From contig VGOC01000005.1 of the NCBI GenBank assembly GCA_016865865.1, forward strand, positions 1,194-65,193: a stretch of 64,000 bases of DNA, read 5' to 3'. The DNA is from Chloroflexota bacterium (GTDB lineage Bacteria > Chloroflexota > Anaerolineae > Anaerolineales > UBA11858). Within the stretch, counting starts at the first letter, position 1, and each line of letters opens with the position of its first letter. The position numbers and the translations under genes were made by a program. The notes beneath the pieces were generated by a model, which worked only from the letters and a program-made list of their open reading frames with translations, did no database searches and was not told the origin of the DNA. Positions 39,518-48,018 of this stretch are shown here, piece after piece.

Positions 39518-41173
39518 ATGTCTTCGATAGCTGTTGTTGAAAAGATAAAGTCGCGTGTAATGACACGGGCTTTGCAATATAAGTCTGATTTGCAGATTTC
39601 ACGCCTTTCGCGGGATGTGGCGCGTTTTAGCAACCTGGATTCTCAGCAGAAACCGGTTGCATTTTTCAATGTCTCCTCACGTCTGGGGGGCATAAGCCAG
39701 AATGCTGCCTTCACTCTCCTGACATCGTGGGGATTGCAGTTCGCAGGCTCGCCGGTCGTCCATTTTGCTTGCCGCGCCGGGATGAGCCGCTGTGTGTTGG
39801 GGATGAACCCTGATGACCACACTGCATCCCCGCCATGTGAAACTTGTGTCGCCCAATCGAAGAAGTTGCTGGCTTCAACCCCAGCCCATTGGTTCGAATT
39901 CATTCCAAATGAAGCACTTGCCAATGAGATCTATTCTCTCGACCTCGAAGAACTGAGCAATTATCAATTTACAATTGACAATTCACAATTATCAATTCAT
40001 GGCAGGATCATTCCTCTTGGAGAACTGACCATCACTTCCCTCCGCTGGGCCCTACGCCAGCATCACCTTCCCGACGACGAAGCCGTTCGTCACCAACTGC
40101 GTGAATATATCCTTTCTGCCTATCGTGTGGCTGAGACATTCGATTCCTTTCTGACCGGAGTCGAGCCAGCCGTCGTTGTCCTCTTCAACGGATTGCAGTT
40201 CCCCGAAGCCACAGCCCGTTGGGTGACCCGCCATCTCGGCATCCGCACGATCACACATGAGGTCAGCTTTCAGCCCTTTTCGGCCTTTTTCACCGAGGGG
40301 GATGCCACCGCTTACCCCATCGAGATACCAGACGAATTCGAATTATCCCCTTCGCAGAACGCTCGCCTGGAAGCCTATCTCAGTCACCGGTTCCAGGGCG
40401 AGTTCACTATGGCTGGCATCCGTTTCTGGCCTGAGATGAGCGGGTTAGACAAAGCCTTTTTACAATTCGCAGCCCAATTCGAGCAGATCGTGGCGGTGTT
40501 CACAAATGTGGTTTTCGACACCAGCCAGCTCCACGCCAACACGGTTTTCCCGCAGATGTTCGCCTGGTTGGACTTGATCCTCGAAATCATCAAATCGCAT
40601 CCTGAAACGCTTTTTGTGATTCGCGCTCATCCTGACGAAAAACGCCCCGGCACTCGCAAGCAGAGCCGCGAAAGCGTCAGTCATTGGGTGGCGCACAATG
40701 GCGTTGATCAGCTCCCCAATGTGATCTTCATCGATTCGGGCGAATATATCAGCTCCTATGATCTGATCCGCCGGGCAAAGTTCGTGATGGTATATAACTC
40801 TTCCATTGGCCTGGAAGCGACGCTACTAGATACGCCCGTCTTGTGCGGTGGGAAAGCCCGCTTCACTCAATACCCTATCGTACACTTTCCGCAGACGCCA
40901 GCGGAATACCGACAAGTTGCTGAAGAATTTCTGGCTTCCGAAAAGTTGATCGTGCCAGAAGAGTTCGAACGCAATGCCAGACGGTTTTTGTATTATCAAC
41001 TTTTCCGCGTTTCTTTGCCTTTCGATGAATTCATCGAAGCTCATCCTATCCCAGGATATGTGCAGCTCAAACCCTTCTCCTGGCGCGATCTGCAACCCGA
41101 ACACTCGCCCACGTTGCGCGTCGTCGTGGATGGAATCCTCGATACTAAGCCCTTCGTTCTTTCGGATGAATAA
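39518..41173 (+). CDS. Capsule_synth-like (KpsC/KpsS-type) GT-B protein with an N-terminal Cys cluster
   Basis: Has VAVFTNVVFDTSQL, LFVIRAHPDEKR and VMVYNSSIGLEATLLDTPVLCGGKARF. The Cys cluster is CRAGMSRC...CETC. An in-frame 42-nt heptamer repeat lies at 39958-39999. Confidence 0.6.
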   Translation: MSSIAVVEKIKSRVMTRALQYKSDLQISRLSRDVARFSNLDSQQKPVAFFNVSSRLGGISQNAAFTLLTSWGLQFAGSPVVHFACRAGMSRCVLGMNPDDHTASPPCETCVAQSKKLLASTPAHWFEFIPNEALANEIYSLDLEELSNYQFTIDNSQLSIHGRIIPLGELTITSLRWALRQHHLPDDEAVRHQLREYILSAYRVAETFDSFLTGVEPAVVVLFNGLQFPEATARWVTRHLGIRTITHEVSFQPFSAFFTEGDATAYPIEIPDEFELSPSQNARLEAYLSHRFQGEFTMAGIRFWPEMSGLDKAFLQFAAQFEQIVAVFTNVVFDTSQLHANTVFPQMFAWLDLILEIIKSHPETLFVIRAHPDEKRPGTRKQSRESVSHWVAHNGVDQLPNVIFIDSGEYISSYDLIRRAKFVMVYNSSIGLEATLLDTPVLCGGKARFTQYPIVHFPQTPAEYRQVAEEFLASEKLIVPEEFERNARRFLYYQLFRVSLPFDEFIEAHPIPGYVQLKPFSWRDLQPEHSPTLRVVVDGILDTKPFVLSDE

Positions 41174-42071
41174 GCTACGATATAGCGTTAGTCGGGTTGC
41201 TAACCTGATCCACCTCTCCTCGAAAGCAAAATTCGCTATCAAACTCGCTCGCCGCCAGGTACGCCGCGCGGCCGCAACGCTGAAGCATGGTTTTCTGGCG
41301 AGCGCGCCTGTTTTCTTCGCCAATTCCTTCCCCAAGAGCGGCACGCATCTGTTGATCCAGGCGCTGCAGGGATTGGCCCAACTCGGCCCGGCGGTGGATA
41401 GCGGCCTGCCGGCGGTGGTCACTTTCGATGGCCCAACCGGGCAGCCTCGCCCTCTGGATACGATCCTGCGGGATTTGCGGCGCTTCCAGCCTGGCGACGT
41501 AGGGTATGGCCATTTGCATGCCCTCCCGGAAATCGTTTCGTTGCTGACCCAGGATGGGATGGCCCCCTTTTTCATCTACCGCGATCCCCGTGATGTCGTC
41601 GTTTCGCACGTGTATTATGTCACCGAGATGGAGCCAAATCACGTGCACCATTATTATTATCGGGATGAATTGACCAGTTTCGATGAACGACTTCGGGTGA
41701 GCATTTTGGGACGTCCCGAGTTGGGTGGGCTTTTCCCTGATATTCGCAGGCGATTCGAACCTTATTTGGGCTGGCTCGAACGTCCCGAGGTCTTGATTCT
41801 GCAATTCGAGGATTTCATCACCCAACAAGAGCAGACTCTGCTTCGGGTGCTGGATCACGCCCGAGGTCGCGGGTTCCCGATCACCCTCGAGGAGCAGGAA
41901 GCGCTCAGGGTCTTGAAATCAGCCATTGATCCGATGAAATCTCCGACCTATCGTATGGGTCAAGTGGGCAAATGGCGCGAGTCATTCACCGAGGAACATA
42001 AATCGTGGTTCAAAGAAATATCCGGAAATCTTCTGGTACGCCTGGGGTATGAGCAGTCGGATGATTGGTGA
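41166..42071 (+). CDS. Sulfotransferase
   Basis: Has FANSFPKSGTHLLIQAL and FIYRDPRDVVVS. The ATG at 41166 overlaps the upstream stop; the longer track ORF from 40974 was rejected. Confidence 0.8.
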   Translation: MNKLRYSVSRVANLIHLSSKAKFAIKLARRQVRRAAATLKHGFLASAPVFFANSFPKSGTHLLIQALQGLAQLGPAVDSGLPAVVTFDGPTGQPRPLDTILRDLRRFQPGDVGYGHLHALPEIVSLLTQDGMAPFFIYRDPRDVVVSHVYYVTEMEPNHVHHYYYRDELTSFDERLRVSILGRPELGGLFPDIRRRFEPYLGWLERPEVLILQFEDFITQQEQTLLRVLDHARGRGFPITLEEQEALRVLKSAIDPMKSPTYRMGQVGKWRESFTEEHKSWFKEISGNLLVRLGYEQSDDW

Positions 42072-43020
42072 GGCTCCTCTATGCTCGGTGGTGATCCGGG
42101 CTTATAACGAGGGCGAACATATTGGCCGCCTGTTGATGGGCATCGCACAGCAGACGCTGCGAGATGTCGAAATCATCCTGGTGGATTCGGGTTCCACGGA
42201 TGATACCGCGGCGGTCGCTTCCCGTTACCCGGTGAGGGTTGTCCATATCCGTCCCGAGGAATTTACTTTTGGCCGCTCTCTCAACCGGGGCATCGAAGCT
42301 GCCAGGGGAAAATTCGTTGTGATCGTCAGCGCGCATTGTTACCCGGTCTACCCTGATTGGCTCGAGCAATTGCTGAAGCCTTTCGAAGATGTCGAAGTCG
42401 CGGTCGCCTACGGCAAGCAGCGCGGCGGGGAAACCAATCAATATTCCGAGCGCCAGTTCTTTCGCCAGTATTTCCCAGATAGCTCGCAACCGAGGCAGGC
42501 GAATGCGTATGCCCATAACGCCAATGCAGCTATTCGGCGCGCATTATGGGAACAGCACCCTTATAACGAAAACCTGACCGGCCTGGAAGACCTGGCCTGG
42601 AGCAGTTGGGCCAGGGAACAGGGCTATGCAATCGCCTACGTTGCAGAGGCGGAAGTCGTCCATTGGCATGACGAACGGCCGCTGCAGGTGTATAACCGTC
42701 ATCAGCGAGAGGCCATTGCCATGAAGCAGATTCTTCCGGGGAGTAAGTTCACCTGGTGGATTTTTTTGCGCCTCTGGTGGGGAATGACGATATCTGATCT
42801 ATTGAAAGCGCGGCGTGAGCATGTGCTCAAGTTGCATTGGGCAAGTATTCTTTGGTTCCGGTTTATGCAATACCTGGGGACATATCTCGGCTATCGCTAT
42901 TCTGGGAAAATCGATGCTCAGCTTCACCAAACCTTCTACTATCCGCCGGGCGTCCTCTCGAAGAAAACGTCCGCTCCGCGCCAGGTAACGCCGATTGATT
43001 ATGGGGATGCTGGAAGGTGA
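42049..43020 (+). CDS. GT2-family glycosyltransferase
   Basis: Has CSVVIRAYNEGEHIGRLL and IILVDSGSTDDT. Confidence 0.82.
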   Translation: MSSRMIGEAPLCSVVIRAYNEGEHIGRLLMGIAQQTLRDVEIILVDSGSTDDTAAVASRYPVRVVHIRPEEFTFGRSLNRGIEAARGKFVVIVSAHCYPVYPDWLEQLLKPFEDVEVAVAYGKQRGGETNQYSERQFFRQYFPDSSQPRQANAYAHNANAAIRRALWEQHPYNENLTGLEDLAWSSWAREQGYAIAYVAEAEVVHWHDERPLQVYNRHQREAIAMKQILPGSKFTWWIFLRLWWGMTISDLLKARREHVLKLHWASILWFRFMQYLGTYLGYRYSGKIDAQLHQTFYYPPGVLSKKTSAPRQVTPIDYGDAGR

Positions 43021-43049
43021 GAGTATAATTCGAAAATTAGGTAGAAAAT

Positions 43050-43718
43050 ATGTCTCGACTTATTGCCCTCGTCCCCATGCGGCACAGTTCCCAACGGGTG
43101 CCGGGAAAAAATTATCGCCTGTTGGGGGGGAAGCCGCTGTTTCACTACATCATTGCCACACTGCTCGAGGTTCCCCAGATCGCTGAAGTGGTAGTGAATA
43201 CCGACAGCCCAGAGATTGCCGAAGGTTTGGGGAAATCCTTCCCGAGCGTGCGGGTGCTGGAACGACCCGCGCATTTGCAAGCCCCTGAAGTGCCGATGAA
43301 TGAAATCCTGGCTTACGACACATCCCAGATCGAAGCTGATTTCTATTTGCAAACCCACAGCACAAATCCCCTGTTGTGCGCCGAGACGATATCGAAAGCA
43401 ATCAGAGTATTTTTGGAGCAGTATCCGGCCCATGATTCTCTTTTCTCGGTGACAAGTCTAAAGACCCGCCTGTACGATCAACTGGGGCGGGCGATCAACC
43501 ATAATCCGGCTTACCTGCTGCAAACCCAGGATTTACCCCCGGTTTACGAGGAGAATTCCTGCATCTACATCTTTACGAAAGAAACCTTGCTGGCGCGCCG
43601 AAACCGCCTGGGGGAACGGCCTCTGATGTTCGAGATCGCCGCCGTGGAGGCCTGGGATATCGATGAGGAACTAGATTTCGAGATAGTGGATTTCTTGATG
43701 AGGAGAAAAGGTGATTAG
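43050..43718 (+). CDS. CTP_transf_3-family cytidylyltransferase (third in the window)
   Basis: Has LIALVPMRHSSQRVPGKNYRLLGGKPLFHYIIATL and VVNTDS. Confidence 0.78.
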   Translation: MSRLIALVPMRHSSQRVPGKNYRLLGGKPLFHYIIATLLEVPQIAEVVVNTDSPEIAEGLGKSFPSVRVLERPAHLQAPEVPMNEILAYDTSQIEADFYLQTHSTNPLLCAETISKAIRVFLEQYPAHDSLFSVTSLKTRLYDQLGRAINHNPAYLLQTQDLPPVYEENSCIYIFTKETLLARRNRLGERPLMFEIAAVEAWDIDEELDFEIVDFLMRRKGD

Positions 43719-43789
43719 ATATTGGTGATTGGGTATTAGGTTAGACGCTTTCCTGATACCCACTACCCAATACCTAATACCCAATCACC
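43710..43789. repeat. Inverted pair of period-7 repeats (TGATTGG/CCAATCA family) containing a perfect 18-bp inverted repeat
   Basis: ggtgattgggtattaggt (43724-43741) pairs with acctaatacccaatcacc (43772-43789). The right arm ends at the base before the ATG at 43790. Confidence 0.85.
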
Positions 43790-44749
43790 ATGTTTACCAT
43801 TCTATTCACCGCCCCCTACATGATCCCCTCCCTCGATCGCTTCCGGCCTATGCTGGAGAAATATGGCCTGGAGTTGATCGTCGCCGAGGTAAAGGAACGG
43901 CTCGACGAAGAGGAGATCATCGCTTATGCCGGTCGGTTCGATGGCGCGATCTGCGGGGATGACCGCTATTCGGCGCGCGTCCTGGAGGCCTGCGCGCCGC
44001 GCTTGAAGGTGATTTCCAAGTGGGGCACCGGGATCGATTCCATCGACCAGGAAGCCTGCGCTCGCCTGGGGATCAAGATCGGCAATACGCCTAACGCTTT
44101 TACGCTGCCGGTGGCAGATACCGTGATGGGGTATATCCTGGCCTTCGCCCGCCGACAACCCTGGATGGATCGTGATATGAAAAAGGGTCGGTGGCAGAAG
44201 CTTCCAGGTTGGTCATTGAGCGAATGTACATTGGGCGTGATCGGTGTGGGAAATATCGGCAAGGCGGTCCTCCGCCGGGCCAGCGCCTTCGGCATGGAGT
44301 TGTTGGGCAATGATGTCGTCGAGGTTGATCCTGTTTTTGTGCGCGAAAACCGTGTCGAGATGACTTCACTCGAAGATTTGATGAAGCGGGCTGATTTCGT
44401 CAGCGTGAATTGCGATCTCAACCCCACCAGCCATCATTTGATCAATGCGCGGACATTGGCGTGGATGAGACCTGAATCGGTGTTGATCAATACCGCGCGC
44501 GGCCTCGTCGTTGACGAATCTGCCCTGATCGCGGCGCTGCAATCGGGCGGCATCGCCGGGGCGGCGTTGGATGTTTTCGAAACAGAACCCCTCCCAGAAG
44601 GGAGTCCGCTGCTCCACATGGATCAGGCGATGGTCGCGCCGCATAACGCCAATTCCAGCCCAATGGCCTGGGAGCGAGTCCACTGGAATACTATCCGTAA
44701 TCTGCTGGATGGACTGGGAATCGATTGTTCGAATTTGCCATCCCAATAA
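43790..44749 (+). CDS. D-isomer-specific 2-hydroxyacid dehydrogenase family (PGDH-like)
   Basis: Has LGVIGVGNIGKAVLRRA, INTARGLVVDESAL and LDVFETEPLP. Confidence 0.85.
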   Translation: MFTILFTAPYMIPSLDRFRPMLEKYGLELIVAEVKERLDEEEIIAYAGRFDGAICGDDRYSARVLEACAPRLKVISKWGTGIDSIDQEACARLGIKIGNTPNAFTLPVADTVMGYILAFARRQPWMDRDMKKGRWQKLPGWSLSECTLGVIGVGNIGKAVLRRASAFGMELLGNDVVEVDPVFVRENRVEMTSLEDLMKRADFVSVNCDLNPTSHHLINARTLAWMRPESVLINTARGLVVDESALIAALQSGGIAGAALDVFETEPLPEGSPLLHMDQAMVAPHNANSSPMAWERVHWNTIRNLLDGLGIDCSNLPSQ

Positions 44750-44779
44750 CCAGCAATCGTTTAGCGACTCGACAAAAAT

Positions 44780-45538
44780 ATGAAACGAAAAACTATGCTG
44801 ATCACTGGCGCGGCTGGAGGCATTGGCCGCGCAACGGTTGAGTTGTTTGCCAGGAAGGGCTGGCGTGTCATCGGCGTTGATCGCGCTCCCTTTGGGGATG
44901 GTTTCCCGGAGGATGGCTTGTTCATCCGAGCAGACATCTCGGATGGCTCAGCCCTGGAATCGATTTTCGAGCAAACGAAAAGCTTCACGAAAACCCTGGA
45001 TGCTTTGATCAACAATGCCGCCTATCAAATCACCAAGCCGTTGCTGGAGACCAGCGTGGAAGAATGGGATGCGGTGATGGCCTCGAATTTGCGCTCGGTA
45101 TTCTTGAGCGCCAAGCTGGCGTATCCGCTGTTGAAAAACCAAGGCGGCGGCGCGGTGGTCAATGTCTCGTCGGTTCATGCGGTGGCCACCTCGAAGGATA
45201 TCGCCGCCTACGCGGCCAGCAAAGGCGGGCTTCTGGCGTTGACCAGGGCTATGGCCATCGAATTCGCGCCAGATAACATCCGTGTGAACGCGATCCTGCC
45301 CGGGGCGGTGGATACGCCCATGCTGCGCGCCGGGATGAACCGCGATCACGCCGGCGCTGGCAGTGTGCAGGAGCGCCTGGACAATCTGGCCCGCAAGACG
45401 GTCAGCGGCAAGATCGGCACGCCCGAAGAGATTGCCCATGCGATCTATTTTCTGGCCGATGCGACTCAATCTTCCTTTATGACCGGGCAGGCCATGATCG
45501 TTGATGGGGGAGCGACGGCGCGATTGAGCACAGAATAG
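44780..45538 (+). CDS. Classical SDR-family oxidoreductase
   Basis: Has MLITGAAGGIGRAT, NNAA and YAASKGG. Confidence 0.85.
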   Translation: MKRKTMLITGAAGGIGRATVELFARKGWRVIGVDRAPFGDGFPEDGLFIRADISDGSALESIFEQTKSFTKTLDALINNAAYQITKPLLETSVEEWDAVMASNLRSVFLSAKLAYPLLKNQGGGAVVNVSSVHAVATSKDIAAYAASKGGLLALTRAMAIEFAPDNIRVNAILPGAVDTPMLRAGMNRDHAGAGSVQERLDNLARKTVSGKIGTPEEIAHAIYFLADATQSSFMTGQAMIVDGGATARLSTE

Positions 45539-45571
45539 CGTTCGAACGTAAAACGTGAAACGTCAAGAGCA

Positions 45572-46399
45572 ATGGCAGATTTAAGAAAAGCTATCAAAGG
45601 ATTGTTTCCTCCAGCGGTATGGGAGCCAATCAGCGAGGCGCGTTACACCATTCAGTATGCAGCCCAGTGGCCGGCGGCCACATTACACCCCTGGCGGCGG
45701 GAGAGCATCCGACGGCTGGCCGAATGGAAGGACAGATACAAAGGGGAGCGTTGTTTCATCATCGGCAATGGGCCAAGCCTGACGAACACCGACGTTTCGA
45801 AACTGGCGGGTGAGTATACCTTTGGGATGAACCGCATATATCTGGCCTTCCCCGAGTGGGGCTTCAAGACCACTTTTCTCGTCTCGGTCAACGACCTGGT
45901 TATCGAACAGTGCGTGGACGATTTTATCGCCCTGGATATTCCCAAATTCTTCTCCTGGCGCTCACGTCGGTTCTTTACCCAACCACCAATCCCTAATCAC
46001 CAATCACCGATCTTTCTCCACACCACCTACACCGGCCCAAAATTCGCTGCCGACGCCCGCGGCCGCCTGTGGGAGGGCGCGACTGTGACCTATGTCTGCC
46101 TGCAACTGGCCTTCTATCTGGGTTTCGAAAAGGTCATCTTGATCGGCGTGGATCATAGCTTTTCCAGCCAGGGCAAGCCGAATACGACTGTGGTCTCCTC
46201 TGGCGATGACCCGAATCATTTCGACCCCGGCTACTTCGGCAAGGGCTTCCGCTGGCAACTGCCTGATCTGGACACCTCAGAACGCGCCTATCGGATGGCA
46301 AGGGAGGTTTTCAAGTCGGCCAGGCGCCAGGTTCTGGATGCCACGATTGGGGGGAAATTGACTGTATTCCCAAAAATTGACTACGATACGTTGTTTTAG
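45572..46399 (+). CDS. DUF115 / MptE-like (Maf-type) protein; candidate CMP-nonulosonate transferase
   Basis: Has CFIIGNGPSLTNTDVSKL and VILIGVDHSF. The GNGPSL motif is shared with Campylobacter Maf proteins and GT42 sialyltransferases. A heptamer repeat segment lies at 45979-46013. Confidence 0.6.
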   Translation: MADLRKAIKGLFPPAVWEPISEARYTIQYAAQWPAATLHPWRRESIRRLAEWKDRYKGERCFIIGNGPSLTNTDVSKLAGEYTFGMNRIYLAFPEWGFKTTFLVSVNDLVIEQCVDDFIALDIPKFFSWRSRRFFTQPPIPNHQSPIFLHTTYTGPKFAADARGRLWEGATVTYVCLQLAFYLGFEKVILIGVDHSFSSQGKPNTTVVSSGDDPNHFDPGYFGKGFRWQLPDLDTSERAYRMAREVFKSARRQVLDATIGGKLTVFPKIDYDTLF

Positions 46400-46408
46400 T
46401 GTGAACCC

Positions 46409-47914
46409 ATGTTAGGCGGCCATAGTCCAGGTCACTCTAAATGGGCGTTGGGGATAGCAGGGGTCGTTGTTTTCACCTTCGGCCTGCTCGTCCGCCTAGT
46501 TGACCTGACTGATCCACCTTTGGATTTCAATCCTACCCGTCAACTGCGTTCGGCGATCATCGCCCGGGGCATGTATTACGGCAGCCAGCCCGAAGATGAC
46601 GCCTTGCATCGGCAGCTTGCGCTGACTCATTGGAAAATGATGGAACGATTGGAGCCGCCGCTATTGGAATGGGTAGTGGCTTCTACATATCGTTTGATCG
46701 GTGGAGAGCAAGTCTGGGCAGCGCGCATCTATACGATTTTCTTTTGGTTGATTGGCGGCGCGGCGCTGCATGATTTGGCGCGCCGAATGGCTTCTCCCTT
46801 GGGGGCGCTGGTGGGCGTTGGCTATTTTTTCTTCTTGCCTTTCAGCATCCTGGCCAGTCGTTCTTTTCAGCCAGACCCGGGCATGATTATGTTGATATTA
46901 TTGACGGGCTGGTCATTATGGCGATGGGCGGAGAAGCGCACCTGGCGATGGGCGCTTTTGGCGGGGGTCTTTGGCGGCGCGGCGGCCTTTGTCAAAGCCA
47001 TGGGTATCTTCTTTGTGGGGGGGATGGCTGCGGGAGTAGTTTTATACAATCTTGGGCTCGATGCTCAGGCATCCCTGATCACTGATTCGAAATGGCAGGT
47101 CAGGAACCTGAAATTTGGGCTTCGAGATCTCCAGGTTTGGGTCATGGCTGGACTGATGGTAACTCCGGCCTTACTCTATGCTGTGCTGGGGGCTGATGAA
47201 CAATCCTCGCCGCAAATCCTGCATTGGACAGTCTTGTCGCGCTGGCAGGATGTTTTGAGCCTGTCTTTCTATATGCGTTGGATGATCCGCGTCAGCAGCC
47301 TTATGGGGCCGGGCGTTGTCCTGGCCAGCTTTATCGGCGCGCTGCTGATTCCGCCCAAAAGCCGGGCATTGTTGTGGGGCTTTTGGATTGGATATGGCCT
47401 GTATGGCTTGACATTCCCCTACCATATCGCCACCCATGATTATTATCATCTGCCCCTTTTGGCCGTGGTATCGCTATCCCTCGCTGTACTGGCAGGCTTC
47501 ATTGCAGAAAAAGTGTGGGAGCAGGGCAGACTCACCCGTGTATTGTTCATCGTGGTGGCTCTGATCGCCGCGATCTACAACGGTTGGATTGGACGCTCGA
47601 TATTGGTTGGACAGGATTTCAGCCAGCATCCGGCGTATTGGCAGGAAATAGGGGATTCTTTTCCGGCGGATGCCAAAGCGGTTGGGGTGACGCAAGATTA
47701 TGGCTTTCGCCTGATGTATTACGGCTGGCGCACGATTAAGCTCTGGCCGTCAGGCGCCGGCAGCGAGAATTTCGAGGAGCAGGTTGGTGAGGCGGATTAT
47801 TTCGTCGTCACTGCCTTGAACCAGCTCGATTCCGATTTGAAAGAGTATCTCGCCGCCCAGTACCCCATCTATGCGGAGGGGATAGGGTATATCATTTATC
47901 ATCTGCGTCCCTGA
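46409..47914 (+). CDS. GT-C-like (ArnT/PMT_2-like) membrane glycosyltransferase, tandem paralog A
   Basis: 501 aa, polytopic, with LDFNPTRQLRSAIIARGMYY and SFQPDPGM. It is collinear with the next gene. Confidence 0.62.
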   Translation: MLGGHSPGHSKWALGIAGVVVFTFGLLVRLVDLTDPPLDFNPTRQLRSAIIARGMYYGSQPEDDALHRQLALTHWKMMERLEPPLLEWVVASTYRLIGGEQVWAARIYTIFFWLIGGAALHDLARRMASPLGALVGVGYFFFLPFSILASRSFQPDPGMIMLILLTGWSLWRWAEKRTWRWALLAGVFGGAAAFVKAMGIFFVGGMAAGVVLYNLGLDAQASLITDSKWQVRNLKFGLRDLQVWVMAGLMVTPALLYAVLGADEQSSPQILHWTVLSRWQDVLSLSFYMRWMIRVSSLMGPGVVLASFIGALLIPPKSRALLWGFWIGYGLYGLTFPYHIATHDYYHLPLLAVVSLSLAVLAGFIAEKVWEQGRLTRVLFIVVALIAAIYNGWIGRSILVGQDFSQHPAYWQEIGDSFPADAKAVGVTQDYGFRLMYYGWRTIKLWPSGAGSENFEEQVGEADYFVVTALNQLDSDLKEYLAAQYPIYAEGIGYIIYHLRP

Positions 47915-47920
47915 CCCGGA

Positions 47921-47998
47921 CTAGATCAAGAAAAGATCGAAAGCCCGTCCCCGGGCGACCCGAGGACGGGTCTTTGATCCTCTTTTCGTGAAGTATTG
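47921..47998. repeat. Nested-palindrome REP/terminator-like element, copy 3 (reverse complement of copy 2)
   Basis: ctagatcaagaaaagatcgaaagcccgtccccgggcgacccgaggacgggtctttgatcctcttttcgtgaagtattg. Confidence 0.75.
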
Positions 47999-48018
47999 AT
48001 TATCGTTATGGAGGCAGA

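Noticed and set aside
40974-41165. The N-terminal 64-codon extension of the sulfotransferase ORF.
   Set aside because: It fully overlaps the 3' end of the Capsule_synth-like gene in another frame. The ATG at 41166 overlaps that gene's stop and precedes the PSB motif at a normal distance.
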